In this document: piece after piece, positions 23,317 through 32,719 of the stretch
Layout: each line of letters begins with the position of its first letter
Position numbering within the stretch: position 1 is the first letter of the stretch
Source: Minisyncoccota bacterium
GTDB taxonomy: Bacteria > Patescibacteriota > Minisyncoccia > Phycocordibacterales > GWA1-40-21
Assembly (NCBI GenBank): GCA_041663045.1
Contig: JBAZRH010000002.1
Location: forward strand, 7,179-71,178
Direction of reading: 5' to 3'
DNA length: 64,000 bases
Program-made: the position numbers and the translations under genes
Notes under the pieces: generated by a model
The model's input: only the letters and a program-made list of their open reading frames with translations
Database searches by the model: none
What the model was told of the DNA's origin: nothing

Positions 23317-23940
23317 TTATCCCAAAACCTTCTCTATCAACTCTTTGTGAACTGCTTCTATAGTCTGCTCGCCATTTATGTCGAACACTTGGCAATCTTT
23401 ATCCTTATTGAAGAAATCTATGCAAGGTAAGACATCTTTCTCAAACCAAGACATTCTCTTATCAATACCCTCTGCAGTATCATCTTTTCTTCCTCTTGCT
23501 GTAAGTCTATCTGTACACCATTTCCTGCTTGTATTTATATAAATTACTTTATAATTTGGAATACCATAAAACTTCAACATAGCGTCAAGCAACTCTGCTT
23601 CATAAACTATTCTTGGTGCTCCATCAAAAAGCAAATTTTCTTTGCCGGAAAAATTCTTGACAAGATAATTTACCCAGAGGTCTAGAGCCATAGCTCCTGG
23701 CATAAGACCTCCTGATTCTACAACCTTTTTTGACAGAGATTGAGTATAAGAGTCTCCTTTTATAAACTCTCTGAAAAAAGCCCCCGTTTCAATATGTAGT
23801 ATTTTTGAGCCAGTTCTTTCTCCGAGAGACTTCTTAAATAACTCAACCTGTGTACCCTTACCACAACCTGATCTACCAATAAAAATAAAAGCCATCGGCT
23901 CGGCTTTTTTATCTTCCTTATTTTTAAATATATTCAACAT
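23317..23940 (-). CDS. adk: Adenylate kinase (divergent P-loop GRSGCGKGTQ)
   Basis: P-loop, LID-like RLTARGRKDDTAEGI segment, and conserved position after secY in the ribosomal cluster. Confidence 0.65.
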   Translation of the reverse strand: MLNIFKNKEDKKAEPMAFIFIGRSGCGKGTQVELFKKSLGERTGSKILHIETGAFFREFIKGDSYTQSLSKKVVESGGLMPGAMALDLWVNYLVKNFSGKENLLFDGAPRIVYEAELLDAMLKFYGIPNYKVIYINTSRKWCTDRLTARGRKDDTAEGIDKRMSWFEKDVLPCIDFFNKDKDCQVFDINGEQTIEAVHKELIEKVLG

Positions 23941-23989
23941 GAGAAGATTATAGCAATTTAAATTATAAATTCAAAGTTGGGGTTTCTGC

Positions 23990-24168
23990 TCTTCCGTAAG
24001 CGAATGAACATCCCCGCTTTTCTGTGTCCGCAGGCGAGCTTGCACGGTGCGATGTGGTGTAATTTTGCGAAGTGTATTCACGAGCAAAAGTATACCACAG
24101 CGCAAGCCGCCGAGGATTAGGAAATTTTCCGGCTGGGGAAAATTTCTGCACAGAAAAGCGGGGATGTG
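23990..24168. ncRNA. Unclassified structured-RNA-like element, copy 1 (19-bp closing stem acatccccgcttttctgtg / cacagaaaagcggggatgt around a conserved core)
   Basis: The core TCCGCAGGCGAG..GGCACGATGTGGTGTAATT..CACAGCG..CCGCCGAGGATTAGGAAA is shared with 43355-43535. All three helices differ between copies by compensatory changes. It fills the secY-adk intergenic gap. Confidence 0.45.
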
Positions 24169-24177
24169 AGTGAGCCT

Positions 24178-25449
24178 CTAATATTCCCTCATCGTTATCT
24201 GTGCCTCTATTTTTTTAATCAAATCAATAACGACAGATACTACGATAAGCAGGGCAGTACCACCGATAGCGATAGAAGTAATGCCCGTGATTCCTTTTAC
24301 AATAAGTGGCAAGACAGCGATAAAACCAAGGAATAATGCGCCTACGAGGGTGATCCTTGTGAGAACTTTTCCAAGATATTCTGATGTGGATTGACCGGGT
24401 CTTACACCTGGGATAAATGCTCCATTTTGCTGAAGATTCTTTGAAATCTGATCTGGATCAAAGGTGACTGCGGTGTAGAAATATGTAAACAAGAATACAA
24501 GAATAAAATATGATATGGCATATACCCAAGAATTTGATACAAAGTCATTCAATGTTCCGGCAACACCTCTTACTGTTGCATTGCTAGCCGCTGTGGCTAA
24601 AAAATTGAATATCATTTGCGGAAAGAGAAGAATAGACATCGCAAAGATAATCGGAATGACACCTGCCTGATTTACTCTCAAAGGTAGATATGTAGAAACT
24701 CCGCCATAAACTTTCGAACCCCTTATTCTCTTCGCATAAGTCACGGGTACGGGCCTTTCCGCTTCCGAGACAACCACAACTCCATAAATTACTAGAAGTG
24801 CTCCTACAATGAAAAGTATATACATCGGTATTTGGGAAATATCAAAAGATAAAGTCATCTGACTTATCTGCGTAGGCAAACTCGCCACAATACCTGCAAA
24901 AATAATCATTGATGTACCGTTTCCGATACCAAATTCAGTCATAAGCTCACCGATCCATGTAAGAAGCACAGAGCCGGCTGTTATAACCATAATATTTGTA
25001 AGCATACTCATAAAATCTAGGTTTGTTATAACTCCAGATTTTGCAAGAAGGGTCAAAAAACCAAAACCTTGCATGAAAGCGATAGGTACGGTAAGCAACC
25101 TTGAATATTGTGTGAATTTCTTTCTGCCGGCCTCACCTTCTTCCTGATACATTGCCTTGAGTTTCGGAACCATCATGGTCAAAAGCTGCATAATAATAGA
25201 TGAGGTGATGTATGGACCAACTCCGAGCATCATTATGGAAAGATTGCTCATTCCTCCGCCTGAAAATATGTTCAAAAATCCTAAAAATTGATTTCCAGAA
25301 AATAGCGTAGAAAGCTTAGCCGCATCTATACCCGGTATAGGAATAGTAGCCAAAAGTCTAAAAATCACTAATGCGCCCGCGACAAATAAGATCCTGTTTC
25401 TTAGGGTTTTATCCGAAAAAATCATTTTTATTTTATTCCAAAAGTTCAT
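24178..25449 (-). CDS. secY: Preprotein translocase subunit SecY
   Basis: 423 aa with 10 TM segments and typical SecY N-terminus; sits after rplO. Confidence 0.9.
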   Translation of the reverse strand: MNFWNKIKMIFSDKTLRNRILFVAGALVIFRLLATIPIPGIDAAKLSTLFSGNQFLGFLNIFSGGGMSNLSIMMLGVGPYITSSIIMQLLTMMVPKLKAMYQEEGEAGRKKFTQYSRLLTVPIAFMQGFGFLTLLAKSGVITNLDFMSMLTNIMVITAGSVLLTWIGELMTEFGIGNGTSMIIFAGIVASLPTQISQMTLSFDISQIPMYILFIVGALLVIYGVVVVSEAERPVPVTYAKRIRGSKVYGGVSTYLPLRVNQAGVIPIIFAMSILLFPQMIFNFLATAASNATVRGVAGTLNDFVSNSWVYAISYFILVFLFTYFYTAVTFDPDQISKNLQQNGAFIPGVRPGQSTSEYLGKVLTRITLVGALFLGFIAVLPLIVKGITGITSIAIGGTALLIVVSVVIDLIKKIEAQITMREY

Positions 25450-25453
25450 TGGA

Positions 25454-25885
25454 TTATTTTACTTGTCCTCCAGCTTTTTCTATTTTCGCTTTGGCATCTA
25501 CGGAGACTTTGCAATTTGAGATAATTAACTTCTTATCTATTTCACCACCTGCAAGAATCTTTATTGTTGGGTTCTTTCCTGCACCGAGCTCTGCCAGACC
25601 AGCTCTAACAATTGATTTTGGATTAACAGCATCGCCGCTTGAAAAGACAGAACTCAAATCACCAACGTTTATAGCGATAGGTCTTACTCCAAAGCCTTTG
25701 AAAGCATAGCCTCTAAGCTTAGGGATTCTCTTTATCAAATCTCTAATTTCTGGTCTGACTTTGTGCCCGGCTCTTGCGGTCTGACCCTTGCCTCCTCTGC
25801 CAGAAGTCTTGCCTCTTCTACCACCTCTCCCTACGATGGCAACAGATCTATTTGCTGTCTTTCTTTTTAAATTATGTGCCTGCAT
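25454..25885 (-). CDS. rplO: 50S ribosomal protein L15
   Basis: Gly/Arg-rich N-terminus GRGGRRGKTSGRGGKGQTARAG. Confidence 0.85.
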   Translation of the reverse strand: MQAHNLKRKTANRSVAIVGRGGRRGKTSGRGGKGQTARAGHKVRPEIRDLIKRIPKLRGYAFKGFGVRPIAINVGDLSSVFSSGDAVNPKSIVRAGLAELGAGKNPTIKILAGGEIDKKLIISNCKVSVDAKAKIEKAGGQVK

Positions 25886-25886
25886 A

Positions 25887-26615
25887 TTATTTCTTTATTT
25901 CTTTTTTAACTTCAACCTTATTCACAAAAGGTACTTTTACTTGGGTTGTAACAGGCTGTACTGCACCACCTTTTCTGCTAAAAATCTTCAGTGCTTCTAT
26001 AGAAGCTCTCGCAATATTTAGCTTATTTTTTGATGGAGAAATAATCTTTGCTGTAACATCTTTGATACCAGCAAGTTCAAGAATACTTCTGACAGCGCTT
26101 CCTGCGGAAACTCCTCTTCCTGGAGCCGGCATTATCAAAACTCTTCCACTACAATATTTTGCCGAAACATCGTGAGGAATAGACATAGTCTTTGTAAGAG
26201 CGAGGTGCATCATGTTTTTCTTGGCACTTCTATATGCCTTGTCTATAGCGAGCGATGTATCTCCTGCTTTTCCAGTACCAACGCCGATAGAACCCTTTCT
26301 GTTCCCAGCGACAGTAGCTACGCTAAAACTCAATCTCTTACCTCCCTTTGTAACTCTAGTAACTCTTCTGATATTTAAAATTTTCTGATCGAATTCTGGC
26401 TTAACTCTCTCGCCTCTTCCACCAAAGCTCTTCCTAGGATTCTTTGATCTATCTCCGCCTGGGCTTCTACCAAAAGTGCCAAAAGGTCTTGGACCTCTTA
26501 CACCTGGGTTAAAAGCTGGTTTCCCCGCAATAGGAGCGACAGGTTTTGCATCCGCCCTTACTGGAGCTCCCGCAACTGCTATATTATTTGTTTTGTTTTC
26601 TACTGCTGTATCCAT
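25887..26615 (-). CDS. rpsE: 30S ribosomal protein S5 (with N-terminal extension)
   Basis: RVTRVTKGGKRLSFSVATVAGNRKGSIGVGTGKAGD...AIDKAYRSAKKN. No L30 gene lies between S5 and L15. Confidence 0.85.
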   Translation of the reverse strand: MDTAVENKTNNIAVAGAPVRADAKPVAPIAGKPAFNPGVRGPRPFGTFGRSPGGDRSKNPRKSFGGRGERVKPEFDQKILNIRRVTRVTKGGKRLSFSVATVAGNRKGSIGVGTGKAGDTSLAIDKAYRSAKKNMMHLALTKTMSIPHDVSAKYCSGRVLIMPAPGRGVSAGSAVRSILELAGIKDVTAKIISPSKNKLNIARASIEALKIFSRKGGAVQPVTTQVKVPFVNKVEVKKEIKK

Positions 26616-26623
26616 AATCTTTA

Positions 26624-26974
26624 TTAAAATTTAAGTCCACCTTCTCTTGCACCATCAGCTACTGCTTTTATCTTTCCTGTGTATAGAAAGCCTCCTCTGT
26701 CAAAAACAACCTTTTTAATACCCTTCTCCATAGCAAGTTTGGCGATCTCTTTACCAACATTTCCTGCTCTTTCCATCGAACCCTTGCCTTTTACTTTTTC
26801 TGAAGAAAGTCCGACAATAGTAATCCCCTTATCATCATTTATTATCTGGGCATAAACATTTTTATTTGATCTAAAAACAGAAAGTCTAGGCATGAGAAGT
26901 GTGCCAGAAACCTTCGCTCTGATTCTCTTATGTCTTACTTTTATATTTAAACTTTTTGTATTTGAATTACTCAT
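26624..26974 (-). CDS. rplR: 50S ribosomal protein L18
   Basis: [36 protein letters not shown]. Confidence 0.85.
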   Translation of the reverse strand: MSNSNTKSLNIKVRHKRIRAKVSGTLLMPRLSVFRSNKNVYAQIINDDKGITIVGLSSEKVKGKGSMERAGNVGKEIAKLAMEKGIKKVVFDRGGFLYTGKIKAVADGAREGGLKF

Positions 26975-26978
26975 GTTT

Positions 26979-27512
26979 TTATGCGGTCTTCTTACCTTCT
27001 TTTCTCCTTATAACCTCATTTTCAAATCTTATACCTTTACCTTTGTATGGCTCTGGTTTTTTCACAGCTTTGACTGATGCTGCAAATTGACCGACAAGCT
27101 CTTTGTCTATGCCCGACACTGAAATAATGCCTTTATCTGAAGTCACCTTTAGACCTTTTGGAATAGGCATTTTAACCTGGTGAGAAAGGCCTACTTTAAA
27201 AGTCATCTCTGTGGGAGTAACATCTGCTTTGAAACCAATACCCTCTATTATAAGCCTCTTTTCATATGGCTTATTCACACCATCCACCATATTTGAAATA
27301 TGTGATGTATATGTTCCCCAAAGAGCGTTGTTTTCCAAGCTTTCTTTGATTGGCTTAAGTGTTACTTTTCCGTCAACGATTTCTATTGAAATATTCTTTT
27401 TAAATGTTCTTTTCAATTCACCGAGAGGACCTTTCACAGTAACAACACCACCCTCATTTTTGACTTCGGTTTTTGCAGGGATAACTATTCCTTTTTTTCC
27501 AATTCTTGACAT
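26979..27512 (-). CDS. rplF: 50S ribosomal protein L6
   Basis: [20 protein letters not shown]..; two-domain L6. Confidence 0.85.
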   Translation of the reverse strand: MSRIGKKGIVIPAKTEVKNEGGVVTVKGPLGELKRTFKKNISIEIVDGKVTLKPIKESLENNALWGTYTSHISNMVDGVNKPYEKRLIIEGIGFKADVTPTEMTFKVGLSHQVKMPIPKGLKVTSDKGIISVSGIDKELVGQFAASVKAVKKPEPYKGKGIRFENEVIRRKEGKKTA

Positions 27513-27516
27513 ATTA

Positions 27517-27912
27517 TTACCAAATCTTAAACATTACTTCTCCGCCGACTTTTTCTTTCTTTGCTTCTTTATCAGAAAGTATGCCTTTTGGCGTTGAAAG
27601 AATGGTGGCACCGAAACCGTTTTTAAATACTTTTATATCTTTTGAACCCTGATAGACTCTCCTCGATGGTTTTGAAATTCTTTGTACTCCGACAATCTTT
27701 GGAGCTTTTTCAACACCGTAAGCAAGTGCGATTTCCAAAAATCTTGAATCTTTACCTTTTTTTGAAACAGCACTGACAAAACCAGCCCTCTTGAGTGCGT
27801 TTGCGACAGCTTCTTTTAGTTTTGATGCTGAAATAGAAACAGACTCTTTGCCTACTCTGTTTGCATTTTTCAATCTTATTATTAAATCTCCTATTGAATC
27901 TGTAATTACCAT
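27517..27912 (-). CDS. rpsH: 30S ribosomal protein S8
   Basis: [20 protein letters not shown]...; 131 aa. Confidence 0.85.
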   Translation of the reverse strand: MVITDSIGDLIIRLKNANRVGKESVSISASKLKEAVANALKRAGFVSAVSKKGKDSRFLEIALAYGVEKAPKIVGVQRISKPSRRVYQGSKDIKVFKNGFGATILSTPKGILSDKEAKKEKVGGEVMFKIW

Positions 27913-28091
27913 GATGATTTTTTAATTCCAGGAATCTTTCCTTGATTGGCGAATTCTCTAAAGCAAATTCTGCAAAGGTCAAAATCTCTCATATAGCCGT
28001 TTTTCCTTCCGCAACGAAAACATCTCCTCACTACTCGTGAAGCGAATTTTGGTTTCTTTTGCGATCTTGCTACTACTGATGTTTTTGCCAT
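27906..28091 (-). CDS. rpsZ: 30S ribosomal protein S14 type Z (zinc-binding)
   Basis: [16 protein letters not shown]...CFRCGR...CRICFRE...IPGIKKSSW. The ORF as listed (to 28154) is 5'-extended. Confidence 0.8.
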   Translation of the reverse strand: MAKTSVVARSQKKPKFASRVVRRCFRCGRKNGYMRDFDLCRICFREFANQGKIPGIKKSSW

Positions 28092-28303
28092 AATTAAATA
28101 AAAGCTTCGTAAAGCTCGTCTGTGAATATTAGCAAGAAGTACTAAAAAAGTCAAACAAAGCAGAAGCGTGCGTAGTACCGCGCGTTTTTTACACTTTTAT
28201 TAAGGCGTCAGAAACACCATTACTGGAACTATCTACTTTAGTAATAAAAAATAGAGATCGTTTACTTATGCGGAAATTCCACCTCCACAAACTCTTCTAC
28301 TAA

Positions 28304-29782
28304 CTATGGAGATACCGCACACTGACTAGTACCCGAGTCACAAAAGTTAGAAGCACAACTTGCATTATTGAAACAATAAGCACCTATAGCTCCATCAGTA
28401 CATACGTAATCGGCACTACCTCCGCAATATAGATTTGATTGACAATCGCTTGTCTGTGTACATACACCTCCTAAGGGTACGAGGGCTGCGGCACAAACGC
28501 TACCACTACAGTTTTCTGATTGACATTGATTATTGGCAGAGCAGGAACCTCCGACTGGTTTGAATCCTCGGGTATAAATATCTAATATCTCGTCTGCGGT
28601 GAGGGCGCGGGACCAGATGGCAATATCGGCCATACTACCGGTGAGATACCCACTGAAACTCCCTGGATTTCCAGCAACTCCAAAATGGATTACTCCAGTA
28701 TAAGTCGTGGCTACTGTTTGATTTACTGTCTCTATAAATACTCCGTCAAGATAAACATCCATGTGTTGGTTGTCTCGATAATTTACTGAAATAAGGTGCC
28801 ATGTATTATCCGACATATTTGGATGCGTGCTTATTGCAGAACACGAAACCCACACTTTACAAATCACTGCTTGGAGAGTACTGCCCGTGTAAGATATACC
28901 AGATTGAAGACTCCCGCTACTGGCTGGATTGTAAAAACCGAGCAAATTAGTGTTAGCGACAGAAAGACTGCTTTTATTGAACCAAAAACTAACGGAGTGA
29001 CTGTTAGCTGAAGAAAGAGATACCTGGCTTGAATCAAAAACACTTGTCCCATCAAAACTCCCCGCCTGTGCACCATTGAAACCGTTTGTATATGTCCCTG
29101 TCCACGTCCCATCATTGCCATTCCCCGATGAATCTGTGGAATCTCCATTTAGCTTCCACCAACCTACAAGAGCAGGATCGGTGTAGGGATCAATATATGT
29201 CCCTGCCACTCCCATATATGTTGTCCCTGAGTTGATATTGGCTGCATTTAGAGTTGCTTTGAATGCTACCAGGGCATCATAGATTTCTGTAATGGAGTAC
29301 ATAGTAGCGTTGACTGCATTACTTGTGGTAAGGGTATGGGAGGAGGAAAGGACTCTGGTATAGGGTGATACTGCAAGGTTGTAAATGTCTGCTAGAGAGT
29401 AGCCTGTGGCTGTACCTTGGTCTGTGGTGGGGTAGAGAGAAGAGGAGGAAGCAGAGACTGTCGTAGGAACAGCATCGCCTGATGTTATACCTAAGTAAGT
29501 AGTGCCTGATTTAATATTGTTGGGATTTATGAGATTGGCTAAGAGAGCGTAGATTTCTCCAATAGAGTGGGAGGTAGTAGCTGTAGCTTCTGTAGTAGTA
29601 GAGAGTGTGTGATTACCTGCTGTGGCTTCAGTACCTGCGGTTAATATATTGTAGAGGTCGTTGAGAGTGTAAGATGTGGGAAGGGGGGTGGCAGAAGGGG
29701 TGAGAGAGCCAGCTATAACTACGACAGTGAGAATACCGAGGGAGAAGAGAGTATAAAGAAGTGTACGTTTAAATTTAGGCAT
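28304..29782 (-). CDS. Secreted/membrane-anchored LamG (concanavalin-A-like lectin) domain protein with Cys-rich C-terminal repeats, inserted inside the ribosomal-protein operon
   Basis: N-terminal hydrophobic anchor, three IY-repeat motifs, and a LamG signature LVGWWKLNGDSTDSSGNGNDGTWTG...FDGTS...SFWF...MADIAIWSRALTADEI. The C-terminus carries 14 Cys in C-x5-C-x3-C-type spacing. Confidence 0.7.
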   Translation of the reverse strand: MPKFKRTLLYTLFSLGILTVVVIAGSLTPSATPLPTSYTLNDLYNILTAGTEATAGNHTLSTTTEATATTSHSIGEIYALLANLINPNNIKSGTTYLGITSGDAVPTTVSASSSSLYPTTDQGTATGYSLADIYNLAVSPYTRVLSSSHTLTTSNAVNATMYSITEIYDALVAFKATLNAANINSGTTYMGVAGTYIDPYTDPALVGWWKLNGDSTDSSGNGNDGTWTGTYTNGFNGAQAGSFDGTSVFDSSQVSLSSANSHSVSFWFNKSSLSVANTNLLGFYNPASSGSLQSGISYTGSTLQAVICKVWVSCSAISTHPNMSDNTWHLISVNYRDNQHMDVYLDGVFIETVNQTVATTYTGVIHFGVAGNPGSFSGYLTGSMADIAIWSRALTADEILDIYTRGFKPVGGSCSANNQCQSENCSGSVCAAALVPLGGVCTQTSDCQSNLYCGGSADYVCTDGAIGAYCFNNASCASNFCDSGTSQCAVSP

Positions 29783-29852
29783 TGGTATTATTATATCGTA
29801 ATTTGTAGAGTAAAGAAATATGTGAGGGAAATGTGGATAACTAAATACAAAA

Positions 29853-29877
29853 AGCCGTCCGCCAAAGGCGGACGGCT
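29853..29877. terminator. Bidirectional GC hairpin (agccgtccgcc aaa ggcggacggct) flanked by A/T runs, between rplE and the LamG gene
   Basis: Perfect 11-bp stem, with a T-run on the plus strand and an A-run (U-run on minus) on the other side. Confidence 0.6.
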
Positions 29878-29897
29878 TTTCTATTGTTTCCTTTAAA

Positions 29898-30464
29898 TTA
29901 CTTCTTTACTTCCTCTTTCTTAAACGGAAAACCTAGATAATCAAAGTAGGCTTTGGCTTCTTTCTTACTTTTAGCTGTAGTAACTATAGTAGCTGAAAGA
30001 CCAAAGACATCTTTTAGTTCTTCATCGGAAGTCTCCGGAAAAACTGTGTTCTCTTTGAAACCGATCGTGAAGTTTCCCATTTCGTCAATTCCCTTTGCTG
30101 AAAGCCCGCGAAAATCTTTTGTTCTTGGGAAAGCGATAAATACAAGTTTGTCCAGAAAATCGAACATTCTCTTGCCTCGTAATGTAATCTGATATCCCAC
30201 AGGATCCCCTTCTCTTACCTTAAATGTCGCAATGGATTTCTTAGCAACTTTTAAGACAGCTTTCTGGCCAGTGATTTTTGCAAGTCTGTCGGCAATGATT
30301 TTGTTTTTATTTTTGTCTTTGAGCGAACCGGTACCCGAACTGACAACAATCTTTGTAACCTTAGGCACCTGCATAACACTTGTGTATCCAAAAACTGCCT
30401 TCATGGCATCAAATGCTTTTTTTTGTTTTTCTTTTAGTGAAACGTTTTTCATATCTTTTAACAT
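29898..30464 (-). CDS. rplE: 50S ribosomal protein L5
   Basis: MQVPKVTKIVVSSGTGS...; 188 aa. Confidence 0.85.
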   Translation of the reverse strand: MLKDMKNVSLKEKQKKAFDAMKAVFGYTSVMQVPKVTKIVVSSGTGSLKDKNKNKIIADRLAKITGQKAVLKVAKKSIATFKVREGDPVGYQITLRGKRMFDFLDKLVFIAFPRTKDFRGLSAKGIDEMGNFTIGFKENTVFPETSDEELKDVFGLSATIVTTAKSKKEAKAYFDYLGFPFKKEEVKK

Positions 30465-30763
30465 TAAATTTCCTTATCAGACTTTCTGCTTATCCTAACA
30501 TTTTTCCCGCCTATTTCTTTCTTGCCTATTCTCACACCTTTTCCGCCCTCTACTATCATGACATTTGAAACATTCATAGGCATAGATTTTTCTATAACCT
30601 GACCTTTTGCTCCAGATTTTGTCGGTCTTTGGTGTTTCTTTATTTTATTTATACCTTCAACGATAACAAGATTCTCTTTTGGAAAAGCTTTTACAACTTT
30701 GCCGGTTTTACCATTGTCTTTACCAGCTATCACTATTACACTGTCTCCTTTTTTAATTTTCAT
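30464..30763 (-). CDS. rplX: 50S ribosomal protein L24
   Basis: MKIKKGDSVIVIAGKDNGKTGKV; KOW motif. Confidence 0.85.
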   Translation of the reverse strand: MKIKKGDSVIVIAGKDNGKTGKVVKAFPKENLVIVEGINKIKKHQRPTKSGAKGQVIEKSMPMNVSNVMIVEGGKGVRIGKKEIGGKNVRISRKSDKEI

Positions 30764-30770
30764 ATTGTTT

Positions 30771-31142
30771 TTATACGATTTCTGGCGCTAAAGAAGCGAT
30801 CTTTTGGAAACCTAAGTCTGCCAATTCTCTTGGAATAGGACCGAAAATTCTTCCTGCTATTGGGTCTTTCTTGCCTTTCTCTATTATAACAACAGAGTTT
30901 TCGTCAAATCTGATATAAGAGCCGTCTGCTCTTCTGAATGGTTGTCTTTGTCTTACTACAACAGCATAAAGCACATCTTTTTTCTTAACCTGCTTTCTTG
31001 GCTCAGCTTTCTGCACAGAAAGGACGACAATCTCCCCTATCTTTGCCCATCTCTTCTTCGCACTTCCGAGTACCTTGAAGATACGGCCGAGCTTGGCGCC
31101 TGAATTGTCTGATATTTTAACTATTGATCTTGGTTGTATCAT
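30771..31142 (-). CDS. rplN: 50S ribosomal protein L14
   Basis: MIQPRSIVKISDNSGAK... Confidence 0.9.
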   Translation of the reverse strand: MIQPRSIVKISDNSGAKLGRIFKVLGSAKKRWAKIGEIVVLSVQKAEPRKQVKKKDVLYAVVVRQRQPFRRADGSYIRFDENSVVIIEKGKKDPIAGRIFGPIPRELADLGFQKIASLAPEIV

Positions 31143-31151
31143 ATTGGTGTT

Positions 31152-31406
31152 TTATTTTTCCAAAATTGCAAATCTCTTATTCTTTGAAATTGGTCTTGTC
31201 TCTATTACTTCCACGATTTCACCTTCTTTGTGTTTATTGCCGGCATCGTGAGCCATGAGCTTCTTTTGTTTCTTGATGAATTTGCCATATTTTGGATGTT
31301 TTTTGAAAGAATCTATTGAAATAACAACAGTGTCTTTCATCTTGGTAGAGACAATCTTCCCCTTCAAAACTTTCCCTTTATTATTTTTTACTGAAATATT
31401 TTCCAT
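31152..31406 (-). CDS. rpsQ: 30S ribosomal protein S17
   Basis: KVLKGKIVSTKMKDTVVISIDSFKKHPKYGK. Confidence 0.85.
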   Translation of the reverse strand: MENISVKNNKGKVLKGKIVSTKMKDTVVISIDSFKKHPKYGKFIKKQKKLMAHDAGNKHKEGEIVEVIETRPISKNKRFAILEK

Positions 31407-31415
31407 ATTATTAAA

Positions 31416-31601
31416 TTACTTTGTCTCTTTAGTGATAGTCAAAATCTGAGCGATTTCTCTTTTTAAATTTTTGCCTTCTTTTACATCTTTTATTTTGCTT
31501 CCGGCAATACCAAATCTAAATTTACTCAAAGCCTCTCTTTTTTCTGTAAGCATTTTGGTCAAGTCGCTGGCTGTCTTTTTCCTTAATTCTTTGGTATCCA
31601 T
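31416..31601 (-). CDS. rpmC: 50S ribosomal protein L29
   Basis: 61 aa; KELRKKTASDLTKMLTEKREALSKFRF. Confidence 0.8.
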   Translation of the reverse strand: MDTKELRKKTASDLTKMLTEKREALSKFRFGIAGSKIKDVKEGKNLKREIAQILTITKETK

Positions 31602-31611
31602 ATATTTTAAA

Positions 31612-32031
31612 TTAAATTCTAGCTATCACTTTTGTTCTGACGCACAATTTTGTACCTCCTTTTCTAAGCATCTCTCTGGCCGAGATTTCATCTACACCAT
31701 CTACTTCAAAAAGCACCCTTCCTGGCTTTACAATGGCCTCATAGCCCTGAAGATCTCCCTTGCCTTTTCCCATTTTCACCTCGGCAGGCTTCTGTGTAAA
31801 AGGATGGTCTGGGAAAATTCTCGTCCAAATCTTTCCGCTCTTACTCATTGAGTGAGCAATGGCTTTTCTTGCAGCTTCTATCTGATTTGATCTAATCCTT
31901 CCTGGAGTCGTAGCCTTCAAACCGAAAGAGCCAAAAGAGATCTTTGTCCCTCTTGTTGCAACACCAATCTTGTCAGGGTGTTCCCTGAATGTGTGTGCCT
32001 TTCTAAATTTTACTTTTTTAGGATATAACAT
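31612..32031 (-). CDS. rplP: 50S ribosomal protein L16
   Basis: MLYPKKVKFRKAHTF...KISFGSFGLKA. Confidence 0.9.
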   Translation of the reverse strand: MLYPKKVKFRKAHTFREHPDKIGVATRGTKISFGSFGLKATTPGRIRSNQIEAARKAIAHSMSKSGKIWTRIFPDHPFTQKPAEVKMGKGKGDLQGYEAIVKPGRVLFEVDGVDEISAREMLRKGGTKLCVRTKVIARI

Positions 32032-32036
32032 GGCTT

Positions 32037-32714
32037 TTATGATTGTTTAGGTTTATTATCTTTCTCAAAGATATCGCCCTTGTATATCCAGACTTTTATA
32101 CCAATATCACCGTATGTCATATGGGCTTTCTCTTGGGCGTAGTCTATATCTGCTCTAAGCGTCTGAAGTGGAATTCTTCCTTTTTTTAATTCTTCTGATC
32201 TTGCAATTTCAGCACCACCCAATCTACCTCCAAGATAAATTCTTATACCTTTGACGTCACGATTTGCCATAGCTTTTTCTACTGTCTGCTTCATAACCCT
32301 TCTGAAGGGTAATCTCTTTTCCAAACTCTCGGCTATCATATAAGCAACTATCGCAGCGTTTGATTCTGGTGATCTGATCTCTTCTATATCAAGTTTAAAA
32401 TCAAGAGGGATAGATATCTTGCTTCTCTTGGCGAATTTTAATATTTCTGCTCTTAACTTTACAGAACCTTCTCCGCTTCTACCAATGATAACACCTGGTC
32501 TTGTCGTCTTTATTATAAGTCTAAAGGTTTTGTCATTTCTCTCCATTTCAATAGAGCCAACATACTGACCCCTCATCTTCTTTTCAAGATATTCTCTAAG
32601 TTTTATATCACTCTTCAAAAATTCTTTGTAATTTTTGCCAGTAGAAAACCAGCGAGATTTCCAATCTCTAAGTATTCCCAATCTATGTGCATATGGATGT
32701 ACTGAATGTGACAT
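32037..32714 (-). CDS. rpsC: 30S ribosomal protein S3
   Basis: KH domain VHPYAHRLGILRDWKSRWF plus C-terminal domain. Confidence 0.9.
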   Translation of the reverse strand: MSHSVHPYAHRLGILRDWKSRWFSTGKNYKEFLKSDIKLREYLEKKMRGQYVGSIEMERNDKTFRLIIKTTRPGVIIGRSGEGSVKLRAEILKFAKRSKISIPLDFKLDIEEIRSPESNAAIVAYMIAESLEKRLPFRRVMKQTVEKAMANRDVKGIRIYLGGRLGGAEIARSEELKKGRIPLQTLRADIDYAQEKAHMTYGDIGIKVWIYKGDIFEKDNKPKQS

Positions 32715-32719
32715 AATAA

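Noticed and set aside
23963-24151. ORFs 23963..24151 and 43278..43514 (share the NYTTS..SPADT peptide)
   Set aside because: The shared peptide reflects nucleotide conservation of the structured element. The flanks differ and only base-pairing, not coding potential, is preserved.
23990-24168. 6S RNA, SRP RNA, tmRNA or a riboswitch for the 180-nt element pair
   Set aside because: There is no central bubble (6S), no GGAAGCAGCC-like domain IV (SRP), no tRNA-like ends or tag ORF (tmRNA), and no match to remembered riboswitch cores. It is left unclassified.
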